This document shows, in pieces, positions 18,890 through 28,701 of a DNA stretch of 64,000 nt. Made by a program: the position numbers and the translations under genes. The DNA is from a candidate division LCP-89 bacterium B3_LCP. GTDB taxonomy: Bacteria > Electryoneota > B3-LCP. Positions within the stretch are counted from its first letter, which is position 1; each line of letters begins with the position of its first letter. The notes under the pieces are model-generated. The model saw only the letters and a list, made by a program, of their open reading frames with translations, had not been told where the DNA came from and made no database searches. The DNA lies in assembly GCA_005223185.1 (NCBI GenBank), contig NJBN01000001.1, positions 309,210 to 373,209 on the forward strand. The letters run 5' to 3'.

Positions 18890-19763
18890 CGGCGTTTAGC
18901 CCGCAGGCGAAAAAAGCGTGATAACGGCAAGATGTAATCCTGATTTACCGGTAATTCAACGTGATCGATGTCGCTGGATCTCAGGAGTTTGTTTAGCTCA
19001 CGCTTTTTATCCTTTATGATTGTTTCGATTCCACTGGATACTTTGCGATCATAAGTGTCCAACCACAACTCTTCCCCTGTTTCAGCATCCTGCAGTTTCA
19101 GCAAGCCCACGGGGGGAATAGTCTCTTCGCGGGGATCACGTAGCGATAAAGCTATCAGGTCGTGTTTTTTACCCACTAAGCGCAGGTCGTCCTCGAATCC
19201 TTCATCCCAGAAATCGCTGATAAGGAAAGCTATCGATCTTTTTGACTGGACGCGCTGGAAATATTCCAAAGCCTGGCGAATATCCGTGCCGGCTCGTTCA
19301 GGTTGGAAGGAAATCAACTCCCGGAGAATGCGCAGAACATGGGTTTTTCCCTTCTTGGGGGGCACGTATTTCTCTATGGAATCGGTGAAAAGGAGCAACC
19401 CCACCTTGTCTTGATTCTTCAGGGCGGAAAACGCCAGCAGCGCCGCAACTTCGATGGCAACTTCGATTTTCAACTGCTTGACCGATCCGAAGTAACCCGA
19501 TGATGAGAAGTCGCAGAGAAGCATGACCGTCAGCTCGCGTTCCTCTTCAAACAGTTTAATGTAAGGATGTCCCATGCGCGCGGTGACGTTCCAATCTACC
19601 GAACGAATGTCATCGCCGGGCATGTATTCGCGGACTTCGGCGAATTCTATTCCTCGACCTTTGAAGACGGAATGGTATTCACCAGAGAAAATCTCTTCGA
19701 CGATTCCTCTGGTTTTTATCTCTACCTGACGGACTTTTTTTAGGACTTCGCGGGTTTCCATCG
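18886..19763 (-). CDS. DUF58 family protein (MoxR-associated, vWA-like)
   Basis: The N-terminus METREVLKKVRQVEIKTRGIVEEIFSGEYHSVFKGRGIEFAEVREYMPGDDIRSVDWNVTAR is the canonical DUF58 start. Start chosen at the internal Met (about 19763), which leaves a 12-nt gap to moxR. The ORF track extension to 19902 would overlap moxR by 128 nt. Confidence 0.75.
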
Positions 19764-19774
19764 ATGAATTATCT

Positions 19775-20779
19775 CTAAGGTACTTCCACCTTGTTGAATA
19801 TCTCCTGGATGATCTGTTCAGACCCGATTTCCTCTGCTTCTGCTTCGTATGTAACGGTAACACGATGGCGTAGCACGTCGGGACCGATTTCCTTGATATC
19901 ATCGGGGATTACGAAGCCGCGATGCCGCAGGAAGGCGTGGCATTTAGCCGCCTGCATGAGGTAAAGGGTAGCTCTGGGAGAAGCACCATAAGCAATGTAG
20001 TCCCGCAGATCACCCATATTGTAAGCATCCGGTTGTCTGGTTGCGAAGACTATATCGAGAATATAGTTCTCGATCTTCTCATCGGCGTAGATATTGGCCA
20101 CGGATTGTCTGGCTTCGGTGATCTGTTCTATCGCTGTAACCGGTTTAATATCCAAATCATGGATGACAGCATGGCGCTTCATGATCTGTCTCTCTTCTTC
20201 TCTCTGGGGGTAGTCTATCAGAACTTTGAGCATGAAGCGGTCAATTTGTGCTTCCGGAAGCGGGTATGTGCCTTCCTGTTCGATGGGATTCTGAGTGGCC
20301 AGAACCATGAAGGGTTCTTCCAGGCGAAAGGTATCTTCGCCGATGGTAACCTGGCGTTCCTGCATCGCTTCTAATAGAGCCGATTGAACTTTTGCGGGAG
20401 CACGGTTTATCTCATCCGCCAAGATAAAATTAGCGAAGATGGGACCCTGTTTAACCACGAAATCACCGCTCTTCTGGTGATAAACCAGGGTGCCTATTAA
20501 ATCAGCGGGTAGTAGATCGGGCGTAAATTGGATCCTCTGGAATTTCGCCTGAATAGCCATCGCCAGCGATTTAGCCGCCATCGTTTTTGCTAGACCGGGA
20601 ACGCCTTCCAGCAGGATATGTCCATCTGCAAGGAGTCCTATAAGCAGGCGTTCCACCATCTTTTTCTGACCTACGATTTCCTTTTGAATCTGTCCTAAGA
20701 GATCATCCACGAAGACTGATTTCTCTTCAATCTGCCTGGTGATCTCCTTAATGTCGGGAGCGTCTGAAGATATTGCCAA
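19775..20779 (-). CDS. moxR: MoxR-family AAA+ ATPase
   Basis: Walker A LLEGVPGLAKT, Walker B ILADEINRA, and the characteristic MoxR length and sequence (QFTPDLLPADLIGT). Confidence 0.9.
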   Translation of the reverse strand: MAISSDAPDIKEITRQIEEKSVFVDDLLGQIQKEIVGQKKMVERLLIGLLADGHILLEGVPGLAKTMAAKSLAMAIQAKFQRIQFTPDLLPADLIGTLVYHQKSGDFVVKQGPIFANFILADEINRAPAKVQSALLEAMQERQVTIGEDTFRLEEPFMVLATQNPIEQEGTYPLPEAQIDRFMLKVLIDYPQREEERQIMKRHAVIHDLDIKPVTAIEQITEARQSVANIYADEKIENYILDIVFATRQPDAYNMGDLRDYIAYGASPRATLYLMQAAKCHAFLRHRGFVIPDDIKEIGPDVLRHRVTVTYEAEAEEIGSEQIIQEIFNKVEVP

Positions 20780-21066
20780 GGTTCACCTCGGTGTCTTTAA
20801 AATGACACAGTTTGTATATCTTTAAATTACAGCACTTAGGTCGAGTTGTCCCGGAAGGGAACTCAATAATGCTATACCTGAAATCAAGCCAAAAAGTTCC
20901 TATCGTTAAGGTGATATTTCCCACAAGAGACGTTTAGACCAATGAGGTAAACGTAAGGTTAAAGCACCGGTCTAAATTTAGTTAATTTTCCTTGCAAGTA
21001 TTGCCTGCTATAGTTAATTTATCTCAGCAATCGGCATAAATTTCCTACTATCATTCCTTTAAATCT

Positions 21067-24000
21067 GTGAAACAACCCAGACCTTTGCTTAAAGCTTTTA
21101 GCTTTTGGACTTTAGCCCTAATTTGCACCGCCTTCGCCGCCAATTCTCTCCTGAGCGAATCCGCAGAACTCGCTCCGTTTGATAAGCCCGCAATATCTAT
21201 CATAGAGCGTAGCGAGGGGTCGTTAACCTTCCGCATCGATTTCCCGGAATTGAAAGCGCAAAATACTGAAGGTGAAGCGATTTTAAAAATGGGGAAGATG
21301 CCACGTCTTCCGGATGGAAACGGATTTATGGTGCCCGGGTATAGTATCATTCTGCCTGGACATTCGAACGATCTAAAGGTCAAGGTGGTTGACGTAAAAA
21401 CTGCTATATTCCCTCTGAATCATCCTCCCTGTAAAATAAAGGAAGATGAAACCCTGACCGCCGGGAAACCAGGTTCTATGTCAATATACTCCCGTAATGA
21501 AGATGATAGAAAGATCGGGAGAATAAAGGGAGCTATTAACAGTTCACGCTGGGTATCACATAGTGATTTGGGTCAGGTTAATCACATTCCTATATCCGTA
21601 TTAAAAGTAGCGCCGGTGCGCTGGCAGGAACGAGCTTCAGAGGTGAAGTACCTCACTTCACTTGCCGTCAAAATCGATTTTCCCAGCAGACCCAATAAAG
21701 GGCAGAAGCGGGTAACACTACCGAAATCTTTAAGAAGCCTATCAGCAGACCTGCCCCTGCCGGTTTTCTCGAATCCTCCCAACAATCCACCTCAGATCAG
21801 TTCCTCCACCAATCAGGAACGTCTCAAGATCTTCATCTCTCAGGAAGGGATTTGTCATCTGGAATCGGCGGATCTGGCAAGCTGGGGAGTCAGCCTGTCG
21901 GGCGAGGATCCTCGCACAATTCGCCTGGAGAATAAGGGACAGGAACTTCCCATTTACGTTTACGGGGAAGCTGATGGACGCTTCGATGAGAATGACTATA
22001 TCGAGTTCTGGGGGGAAGGATTACACAGCACCTATATCGATCAGAACCCGGAAATATACAGCGATCTCTATACCGACGTTAACGTGTATTGGCTGTCCTG
22101 GGGGGGACCTTTGGGGGCTCGCCTGGTGGAGGAATCCGGGGAAGTTGTGGAAGTGAATGAATTGAATATGTTCAGAGCTACCTCCTATCCATACTTTTTG
22201 CACAAGGAAGATAACGTTTATTACAACCGTCTGTCGCAGGTCGATCCGGATTCCTTGAAGGAACACTGGTATTACGATGGTGGTGTATCAGCTTCTGAGA
22301 CGAGGGATTACAATGTTTTCCTGCCCTACCCGGATCAAAATTCTTTGGTTAATACCAGCGTGCGCGTTTCGTTGCAGGGATTGACTTATCCGGATGCCTA
22401 CGGACAGGGCGGGCAGCACCATGCTTACGTCAGTCTGCAGGATCAGAATTCAGCAGCATTGGAAGCTGGTTCTTCGGGCGCATCGTGGTGGCTGGGGCAG
22501 ACAGGCGTAATATTGGATGCTCAGGGTGATCAAGGCATCAATCCCAGCGAACTTATACATGGGAACAATCAACTGTCCATCTTCGTGCCGGTTGACACCG
22601 AAGCAGGTCCCAACGATACGATTTTACTGAATTGGTTCCAAATAACCTATCACAGGTTATATCAGGCTCATGCGGATTTCATATTTTTCTCTCCACCTGA
22701 AGCTGCGATGGATACATTGGTGGATTTTCGTATAGAAGGATTCAATTCGCCTCAAATCAGCATTTTCAAGTTAGGACAATCCAAGATTATCAATGCGGAA
22801 GTTATCCCTTATCAGGTGAATGATGAGACCTACTACAAGCTTCACTTCCAGGACAGACCCTATGGTTTTCGTGATTATATAGCTTTCACACCGGCTGCCA
22901 GGTTGTTACCAGATTCAACTCAGTTTGATGAGGGTTCAGATATTTCCACACAGTTGACTACTGGTGCACCGGTTGAACTTTTAGTAATCGCCAACCGCGA
23001 TTTTGAAAATCATCCGGGATTGCTGGAGTATATAGGGCGAAAAATTCTGTTAGTTGGCAGGACTGACTTAGTCTTCATAGATGACGTATTCGATGAATTT
23101 TCAGACGGAATATATTCACCTCAGGCTATTAAAGATCTCCTGCTCTTTCTCCCAACGACGCCAAAATACTTAACTCTTGTGGGTGACGGTTCCTACGATA
23201 CTCGCAATACTTACGGCTATGGCGGCAACCTGATGCCCGCTCATTATATACAGACGAAAGCCTACGGTGCGGTGGCGAGTGATTACTGGTACAGTCTCTT
23301 GACCGATGATCTGATGCCGGACTTGGCGGTGGGACGAATTTCCGCTCGAACTGAAGAGGAGTTGACCGATTTCTTAGATAAACTGGAAAAATATGAGACC
23401 GATCCTGAATCAGGAGCATGGCATAGCACACACCTTTTCGTCAGTGGGACTGGCGGCGTGGCGGGTACCTCCTTCCTCTCCATGAGTCAGGACGTCATCA
23501 GCCGGTTGGAAACTGACGTCATGGTGGAACGTTTGGCGACCGATCCGGTGACGAGTCCGTTTTACGGCGGCACCGGCGATCTGATCGAACTGTTCGATAA
23601 AGGCGCACTGGTGGTGGATTACAACGGTCACGGTGCGGGAGCAGTTTGGTCGGATAATTCACTGTTCCGCCTGGAAAACCTGCCAATGCTTTCCAATCAG
23701 GGGAAATACCCCTTTGTAACCAACTTTACCTGTTTCATCGGCGCTTTCGATGCTCCCCAGCAGAACTTAATTTTAGGCGAAGAGTTCATCTTCGAACCTC
23801 AGAAGGGCGCCATCGGAGTGCTGGGATCGACGGGACTGGGATGGTTCATCAACGGCGGCTGGCTGCAGGAAGAATTGGTAAATCTGTTGTATGACAACCC
23901 GGATTTAAGTTTAGGTGAGCTGATAAATGCAGCTAAGATCGCCTATTACGCATATTATGGATTAGGCGGTTCGGAGGAATCGTTCGATACCATGCATTTA

Positions 24001-26097
24001 ATGAATCTATTGGGTGATCCTTCGTTGTTTTTAGCTTTTGCCGACGTTCCCGCAATTGTCCCTGAGATAACGCCTGAGTTCGTTTCCTATGGCGATTCCG
24101 TGGAGATACATTTAGATGGGAATTACGGCGATTATCAGGGCAAATTGAGGATATATGACGAGTATAATTACCCTGCATTACAATATAGTCTGCCCTTTGA
24201 AGTCCCGCTGATTCCGTCCGTTTCCGGGATGGATGCGAGTTTCATCTTGCCGGCTCTGGGTGATTCTGTCTCGCTTAGCGGAGGAACGTATCGTTTCAGC
24301 TTCTGGGAAACAAGCGGGGAAGAGTCAAACCGTTTAGCTGCGCCGTTGTACCTGCTTAGCGCTTATTCTGGCAGCACGGTTGTGGACTCGCTTAACCCCA
24401 ATCCCAATCCGGTTTACGCTTCCGATGAGTTTAGAATTGAGGCAAAGCTCCTGGACGCTCAGGGGATTGACACCGCCTGGGTGCACGTCCTGATAGAGAC
24501 CAATGAAGGGATATTTATCGCAGAAGATGATCTGGGGTTAGCACCAGCCAGCATGGCTAATTGGTATCAGTCTGAAGCAGTTATTGACTCTTCATTTTAT
24601 GGCTATAATGTGCAAGACAGGGTGGTCCTTCAGGTTCATGCCGTTGACGCTGAAAGCGATACTACGCTCAGTGACGAAGTCATATTCTATATTCTGGACA
24701 GCCGACCTGATCCTGAATGGGTGGCAGGAAGCCTCACTACAGGGATGCGTGAAACCTTAGCGGTTTTATTGGTGGAAGTGGAGAACTTGGGACAGAGCAG
24801 CATAGATTCTGTGGATGTTGCCTTCTACTATGAAGGTGTACTTCCGGCGATTGGAAGCGCGGTGATTTATGATTTAGATGCAGGAATGATCACCGAAGCG
24901 TATATCCCTTCAGATTTCAGCCAACCCGGTAGTTACGACATAGAAGTTGAGGTAAACGGCGAAGGGTGGATAGATGACGCCAACCCGACAGATCCGTACG
25001 CTGCATCGCTGATTGCTGATCACTTTACCATAACGTCCGCTATTGGCACAGGGGACACGTTAAGCATCGACGACACTTTCCACGCGTACATACCGCCGGG
25101 TGGAATCACCAACCCGCAGGGGGTGATCGTCTTTCGCCAGTTAGATGATTTAGTTATCCCCAGTATGCAAAATGGGTTGTCTTTTGTACTGCAGGATACA
25201 TTGGGATACTTTGAAGGGATGGGGTTCGAATTTGACCTGTTAGGCGGCGCGGAGATTATTGCGGATTCTCTGAAGTTAATAATAGACATTGACCAGGAGT
25301 ACGATTCACTATTGACCAGCAATGATCTGGCTATTCACGTTCAACGCTCCGGTCAACCTTATTGGCAGCTTTTAGCTGGTGAAGTGCAAACTGTCTCCTA
25401 CCCGCCCAATCCGAGTTATCGTGTAACAGCTAATCATAATTCGGTGGGCTATTTCACGCTGCTGCTGAATCAAGATCACCAGGGACCGGTGGTGGAAATT
25501 TCAGTCGAAGGACAGATCTACACTGACGGCGGTTACGTTCCCAGCCAGCCCAAGATTTCTGCTCTGGTGCAAGATCCCAGTGGGGTGAACAGTGATTTGG
25601 GCACATACTGGATCACTGTAGATGGGGCAGCTGTGGATTCCAATTTGGTTTCGGTGGCGACCGACAACAGCGGACAGGTGATGACCCTCTCCATCAACCC
25701 GGTTTTTAACGTCGGCAGCCATTCGGTTTCAGTCTGGGCAGAGGATTTTTCCGGCAATCAGGGTTCAGCATCCATACAATTCGAAGTAATGGGGGAATTC
25801 AGGCTGGATTTTATAGGCAACTACCCCAACCCCTTCAAGGATAAGACCTACTTCGCCTATAGATTGACAGAACAGACAACAGAGCCAGTGGCGATTAGAA
25901 TCTATACCGTATCCGGACGGTTGATTCGCACGCTCTACAGCTCATCACCCGATGAGATCAACTATTCGGAAATCTACTGGGATGGGAGAGACGATGACGG
26001 TTCCAATATAGCTAATGGAGTATATTTCTACAAGATAACGGCAAAGCGCGGCGATCAGGAAATCGAACGGACGATGAAAATGGCTAAACTGCGCTAA
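21067..26097 (+). CDS. porU: PorU-like type IX secretion C-terminal signal peptidase (peptidase C25 fold), unusually long, with T9SS C-terminal domain
   Basis: C25/gingipain-like catalytic region (DYNGHGAGAVW ... FVTNFTCFIGAFD ... GVLGSTGLGW). A C-terminal CTD (NPFKDKTYFAYRL...NGVYFYKITAKRG). GTG start with a signal peptide. The next gene is porV. Confidence 0.7.
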   Translation: MKQPRPLLKAFSFWTLALICTAFAANSLLSESAELAPFDKPAISIIERSEGSLTFRIDFPELKAQNTEGEAILKMGKMPRLPDGNGFMVPGYSIILPGHSNDLKVKVVDVKTAIFPLNHPPCKIKEDETLTAGKPGSMSIYSRNEDDRKIGRIKGAINSSRWVSHSDLGQVNHIPISVLKVAPVRWQERASEVKYLTSLAVKIDFPSRPNKGQKRVTLPKSLRSLSADLPLPVFSNPPNNPPQISSSTNQERLKIFISQEGICHLESADLASWGVSLSGEDPRTIRLENKGQELPIYVYGEADGRFDENDYIEFWGEGLHSTYIDQNPEIYSDLYTDVNVYWLSWGGPLGARLVEESGEVVEVNELNMFRATSYPYFLHKEDNVYYNRLSQVDPDSLKEHWYYDGGVSASETRDYNVFLPYPDQNSLVNTSVRVSLQGLTYPDAYGQGGQHHAYVSLQDQNSAALEAGSSGASWWLGQTGVILDAQGDQGINPSELIHGNNQLSIFVPVDTEAGPNDTILLNWFQITYHRLYQAHADFIFFSPPEAAMDTLVDFRIEGFNSPQISIFKLGQSKIINAEVIPYQVNDETYYKLHFQDRPYGFRDYIAFTPAARLLPDSTQFDEGSDISTQLTTGAPVELLVIANRDFENHPGLLEYIGRKILLVGRTDLVFIDDVFDEFSDGIYSPQAIKDLLLFLPTTPKYLTLVGDGSYDTRNTYGYGGNLMPAHYIQTKAYGAVASDYWYSLLTDDLMPDLAVGRISARTEEELTDFLDKLEKYETDPESGAWHSTHLFVSGTGGVAGTSFLSMSQDVISRLETDVMVERLATDPVTSPFYGGTGDLIELFDKGALVVDYNGHGAGAVWSDNSLFRLENLPMLSNQGKYPFVTNFTCFIGAFDAPQQNLILGEEFIFEPQKGAIGVLGSTGLGWFINGGWLQEELVNLLYDNPDLSLGELINAAKIAYYAYYGLGGSEESFDTMHLMNLLGDPSLFLAFADVPAIVPEITPEFVSYGDSVEIHLDGNYGDYQGKLRIYDEYNYPALQYSLPFEVPLIPSVSGMDASFILPALGDSVSLSGGTYRFSFWETSGEESNRLAAPLYLLSAYSGSTVVDSLNPNPNPVYASDEFRIEAKLLDAQGIDTAWVHVLIETNEGIFIAEDDLGLAPASMANWYQSEAVIDSSFYGYNVQDRVVLQVHAVDAESDTTLSDEVIFYILDSRPDPEWVAGSLTTGMRETLAVLLVEVENLGQSSIDSVDVAFYYEGVLPAIGSAVIYDLDAGMITEAYIPSDFSQPGSYDIEVEVNGEGWIDDANPTDPYAASLIADHFTITSAIGTGDTLSIDDTFHAYIPPGGITNPQGVIVFRQLDDLVIPSMQNGLSFVLQDTLGYFEGMGFEFDLLGGAEIIADSLKLIIDIDQEYDSLLTSNDLAIHVQRSGQPYWQLLAGEVQTVSYPPNPSYRVTANHNSVGYFTLLLNQDHQGPVVEISVEGQIYTDGGYVPSQPKISALVQDPSGVNSDLGTYWITVDGAAVDSNLVSVATDNSGQVMTLSINPVFNVGSHSVSVWAEDFSGNQGSASIQFEVMGEFRLDFIGNYPNPFKDKTYFAYRLTEQTTEPVAIRIYTVSGRLIRTLYSSSPDEINYSEIYWDGRDDDGSNIANGVYFYKITAKRGDQEIERTMKMAKLR

Positions 26098-26109
26098 AAG
26101 GAAAGATAG

Positions 26110-27183
26110 GTGAATTTGAGAATAAGTAAAGCGACATTAGTTACGGCGTTATTTTCCCTGTTGTTAATCCCATTCGCGGATGCGAACGGAACGCGCTATG
26201 CGGGTGAATTCTTAGAGATCGGTGTGGGAGGACGAGCTCTGGGGATGGGTGGCGCTTACTGTGCGCTTGCCGATGATCCTTCATCCTTCTATTGGAATCC
26301 AGCGGGGCTTGCCAGGGTTCCAAGTATTTCCATCTGGGGTATGTATTCGAATCAGTTCGGTGAACTGGGTGATCCTTTAGCCAGCTATTCGGTTTTGGGT
26401 GCTGTCATCCCTGTAACCGGGGCGGCTCTTGGAATTCACTGGGTGCGCCTGGCGGTTGATCAGATCCCCATTTTTCCTGATTATTCAGAAGATGCAGGTT
26501 ATTCATTGGAACAGAGGAAACAGTTCATAAATGGTATCCCTACCGGTTATTTCGGTGATTCGGAAGATGCGCTATTTATAAGTTTTGCCAAGATGATAAA
26601 ATTCAACCTGGATTTAGGTTGGGCTTTCTTCGTGATTCCGGTTGAGATTCCCTACGGCGTCAACCTCAAGATGGTTCGTCAGAAGCTGTACGATCAGGAG
26701 GCTTTCGGGATCGGTGCTGATGCGGGTCTGCAGATAAAGTTCGCTCTTTCGGATATGTTCGGTAAGAAATACTTAGGTGATTTTCTCATAGGAATGACCT
26801 ATCAGGACTTCTCTAAAACCGGAATTGACTGGGGTGAGGGCAATGCGGACGTTATCACGCAGAATTTCCGTTTCGGGATTGCTTATCATCAGGAAATTCC
26901 CAAACTGAATAGTGAGTTTAACATAGAGCGAGTTTCCAACACACGCTATCCTTACGAGGGGCGCTTCGGCATGGAATATACCTGGGATAAGATGCTTTCC
27001 TTGCGGTTTGGGTTTTCCCGCCTGGATTGGGGAGAGTTGACAACAGGGCGCTGGGACGACATAGATTTCGGAGTGTGGAACGCTGGCGCTGGTATCAGGT
27101 TTTGGCACATGACCTGCGATTACGCCTTTTTAAAGGCGGAACTGGGAAATGCACACAGGTTGTCCATCATTTATCAATTTTAG
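26110..27183 (+). CDS. porV: PorV (LptO) type IX secretion outer-membrane beta-barrel
   Basis: Signal peptide, then the PorV signature GEFLEIGVGGRALGMGGAYCALADDPSSFYWNPAGLA. About 357 aa, adjacent to porU. Confidence 0.8.
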   Translation: MNLRISKATLVTALFSLLLIPFADANGTRYAGEFLEIGVGGRALGMGGAYCALADDPSSFYWNPAGLARVPSISIWGMYSNQFGELGDPLASYSVLGAVIPVTGAALGIHWVRLAVDQIPIFPDYSEDAGYSLEQRKQFINGIPTGYFGDSEDALFISFAKMIKFNLDLGWAFFVIPVEIPYGVNLKMVRQKLYDQEAFGIGADAGLQIKFALSDMFGKKYLGDFLIGMTYQDFSKTGIDWGEGNADVITQNFRFGIAYHQEIPKLNSEFNIERVSNTRYPYEGRFGMEYTWDKMLSLRFGFSRLDWGELTTGRWDDIDFGVWNAGAGIRFWHMTCDYAFLKAELGNAHRLSIIYQF

Positions 27184-27186
27184 AAA

Positions 27187-27969
27187 ATGAGTAATATCCA
27201 TAAATTAATAGAGAGTAGCACTAATCAGGTTAGTCTGCCTGTCAAAATCACAGGCTGTCTATGCTTGCTAATTAGCTGTCTGGTTATTCTGGTGGGATGC
27301 GGACGTGAGGAGATAGCTGCTGATCTGATTCCACCGGAAGATGTTTTATTAACAGTGCGCAGCGCGGATACCTCACTGGTGGAAGAGGGAATCGATGCGG
27401 TTCCAGGTGGGCATTATATTTACCTGAGCTGGCTGGCATCGCCTGCCGATGATCTGGCAGGATATCGGGTATTTCGGCAAACACAGGATTCGGCGGACTT
27501 CGACATGGTCGATGAAGTGGATGCTTTTATTACCGAATATGAAGATCACGATCCTATCCTGGCGCCCAATCAAATCACCGGTCTCACACTGGGATTTTCT
27601 TATTGGGTAGTGGCTTTTGATGAGGCTGGTAATGTCAGTAATTTATCCGATGAAGCGACCTACAGATTGATGCCAACGCCGGTGCTGTCGCCGCCGGTCG
27701 TACAAGGTGACAGCCTGGTTTTCTCCTGGAGTTACAATCAGTATGATCCGCTGGATTTCAGTTTTTACGTAATCAGATTGTTTCAGCAGCAGGGATCTGA
27801 TTGGATTCCGATCTGGATATATGTCCATAACGTGCCCTTCCCGCTGGAAGCGGCTTATTATTCAGTATTTCTTTCAGCAGGAACGTATAAATACCAGGTG
27901 GACGTTGTAGGGGCGCCGTTAGATCTTCCTGCAGGCAGCGAGGCGGATCTGGAATTCGCTTTCCCTTAA
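27187..27969 (+). CDS. hypothetical lipoprotein with FN3-like beta-sandwich motifs
   Basis: Lipobox ILVGCG. LSWLASPADDLAGYRVFRQ resembles an FN3-type fold. It starts 4 nt after the porV stop. Confidence 0.45.
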   Translation: MSNIHKLIESSTNQVSLPVKITGCLCLLISCLVILVGCGREEIAADLIPPEDVLLTVRSADTSLVEEGIDAVPGGHYIYLSWLASPADDLAGYRVFRQTQDSADFDMVDEVDAFITEYEDHDPILAPNQITGLTLGFSYWVVAFDEAGNVSNLSDEATYRLMPTPVLSPPVVQGDSLVFSWSYNQYDPLDFSFYVIRLFQQQGSDWIPIWIYVHNVPFPLEAAYYSVFLSAGTYKYQVDVVGAPLDLPAGSEADLEFAFP

Positions 27970-28014
27970 AAATGTAAATTTGAAACCAATAAGTATAAAG
28001 TTCGGGTCTTACAA

Positions 28015-28506
28015 ATGATAAAGAAACCACTTCTGATATTAGCTTTTGGTCTGTTTATAGCTGCACAGGCTAAAGCAGCGGATGAACGGTCTGTTACCGT
28101 ACCTAAGCAGGTTGAGTCAGGGGCGCAGTATTTCATCGGAGATGAGAACCAGCTTCTCATGCAGGTGAACGTCTGGGGCAGAGTAGAAATGCCGGGACAG
28201 TATTTCGTGCCTTCGGATACGGATCTGATCACTCTGATATCGGTTGCAGGCGGACCGGCGGATAAGAGCCGTCTGGATAACGTACGCATCGTGCGCGGCG
28301 CCAGTGCGGGTTCAGAAGTTATCCAGGTGAACATCAAGAAATACCTGAAGACAGGCGACAGAACGCTGATTCCTGATTTAAAACCTGAAGACACCATTAT
28401 CGTATCAGGTTCCATGTGGTTTGTGATGTCGACGGTTATCTCCGTGGTGGCGCAATTAGCTATAGTAGCTAATGTTTACTATTTAGCCGCGCTGGCGAGC
28501 AGGTAA
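28015..28506 (+). CDS. small SLBB-domain (Wza-like polysaccharide-export family) protein with C-terminal TM helix
   Basis: Signal peptide, an SLBB/beta-grasp pattern (VNVWGRVEMPGQYFVPSDTDLITLISVAGGP...VRIVRG) and a C-terminal hydrophobic helix. Confidence 0.55.
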   Translation: MIKKPLLILAFGLFIAAQAKAADERSVTVPKQVESGAQYFIGDENQLLMQVNVWGRVEMPGQYFVPSDTDLITLISVAGGPADKSRLDNVRIVRGASAGSEVIQVNIKKYLKTGDRTLIPDLKPEDTIIVSGSMWFVMSTVISVVAQLAIVANVYYLAALASR

Positions 28507-28614
28507 CTTTTGATGATTCATTCGCGTATGAGAATGAAGCACGGAACGTCAACCGGGACTAATTAGCGAACACCGATAGATGTACAGGGAACGTTTCATT
28601 CCGGTTTTGAGTAT

Positions 28615-28661
28615 AAACGGGCAAAACAAGTCGAAGTTTTGCCCGTTTTGTTTTGTGTTTT
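28615..28661 (+). terminator. rho-independent terminator
   Basis: aaacgggcaaaac-aagtcgaa-gttttgcccgttt followed by tgttttgtgtttt. Confidence 0.6.
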
Positions 28662-28701
28662 ATCCAAGTTAATGCCCTAAAAAAATACATCTGAGGCGAA
28701 G

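Noticed and set aside
21051-21383. 110-aa minus-strand ORF overlapping the porU 5' end
   Set aside because: It lies wholly inside the porU signal-peptide/N-terminal coding region. It has no independent support.
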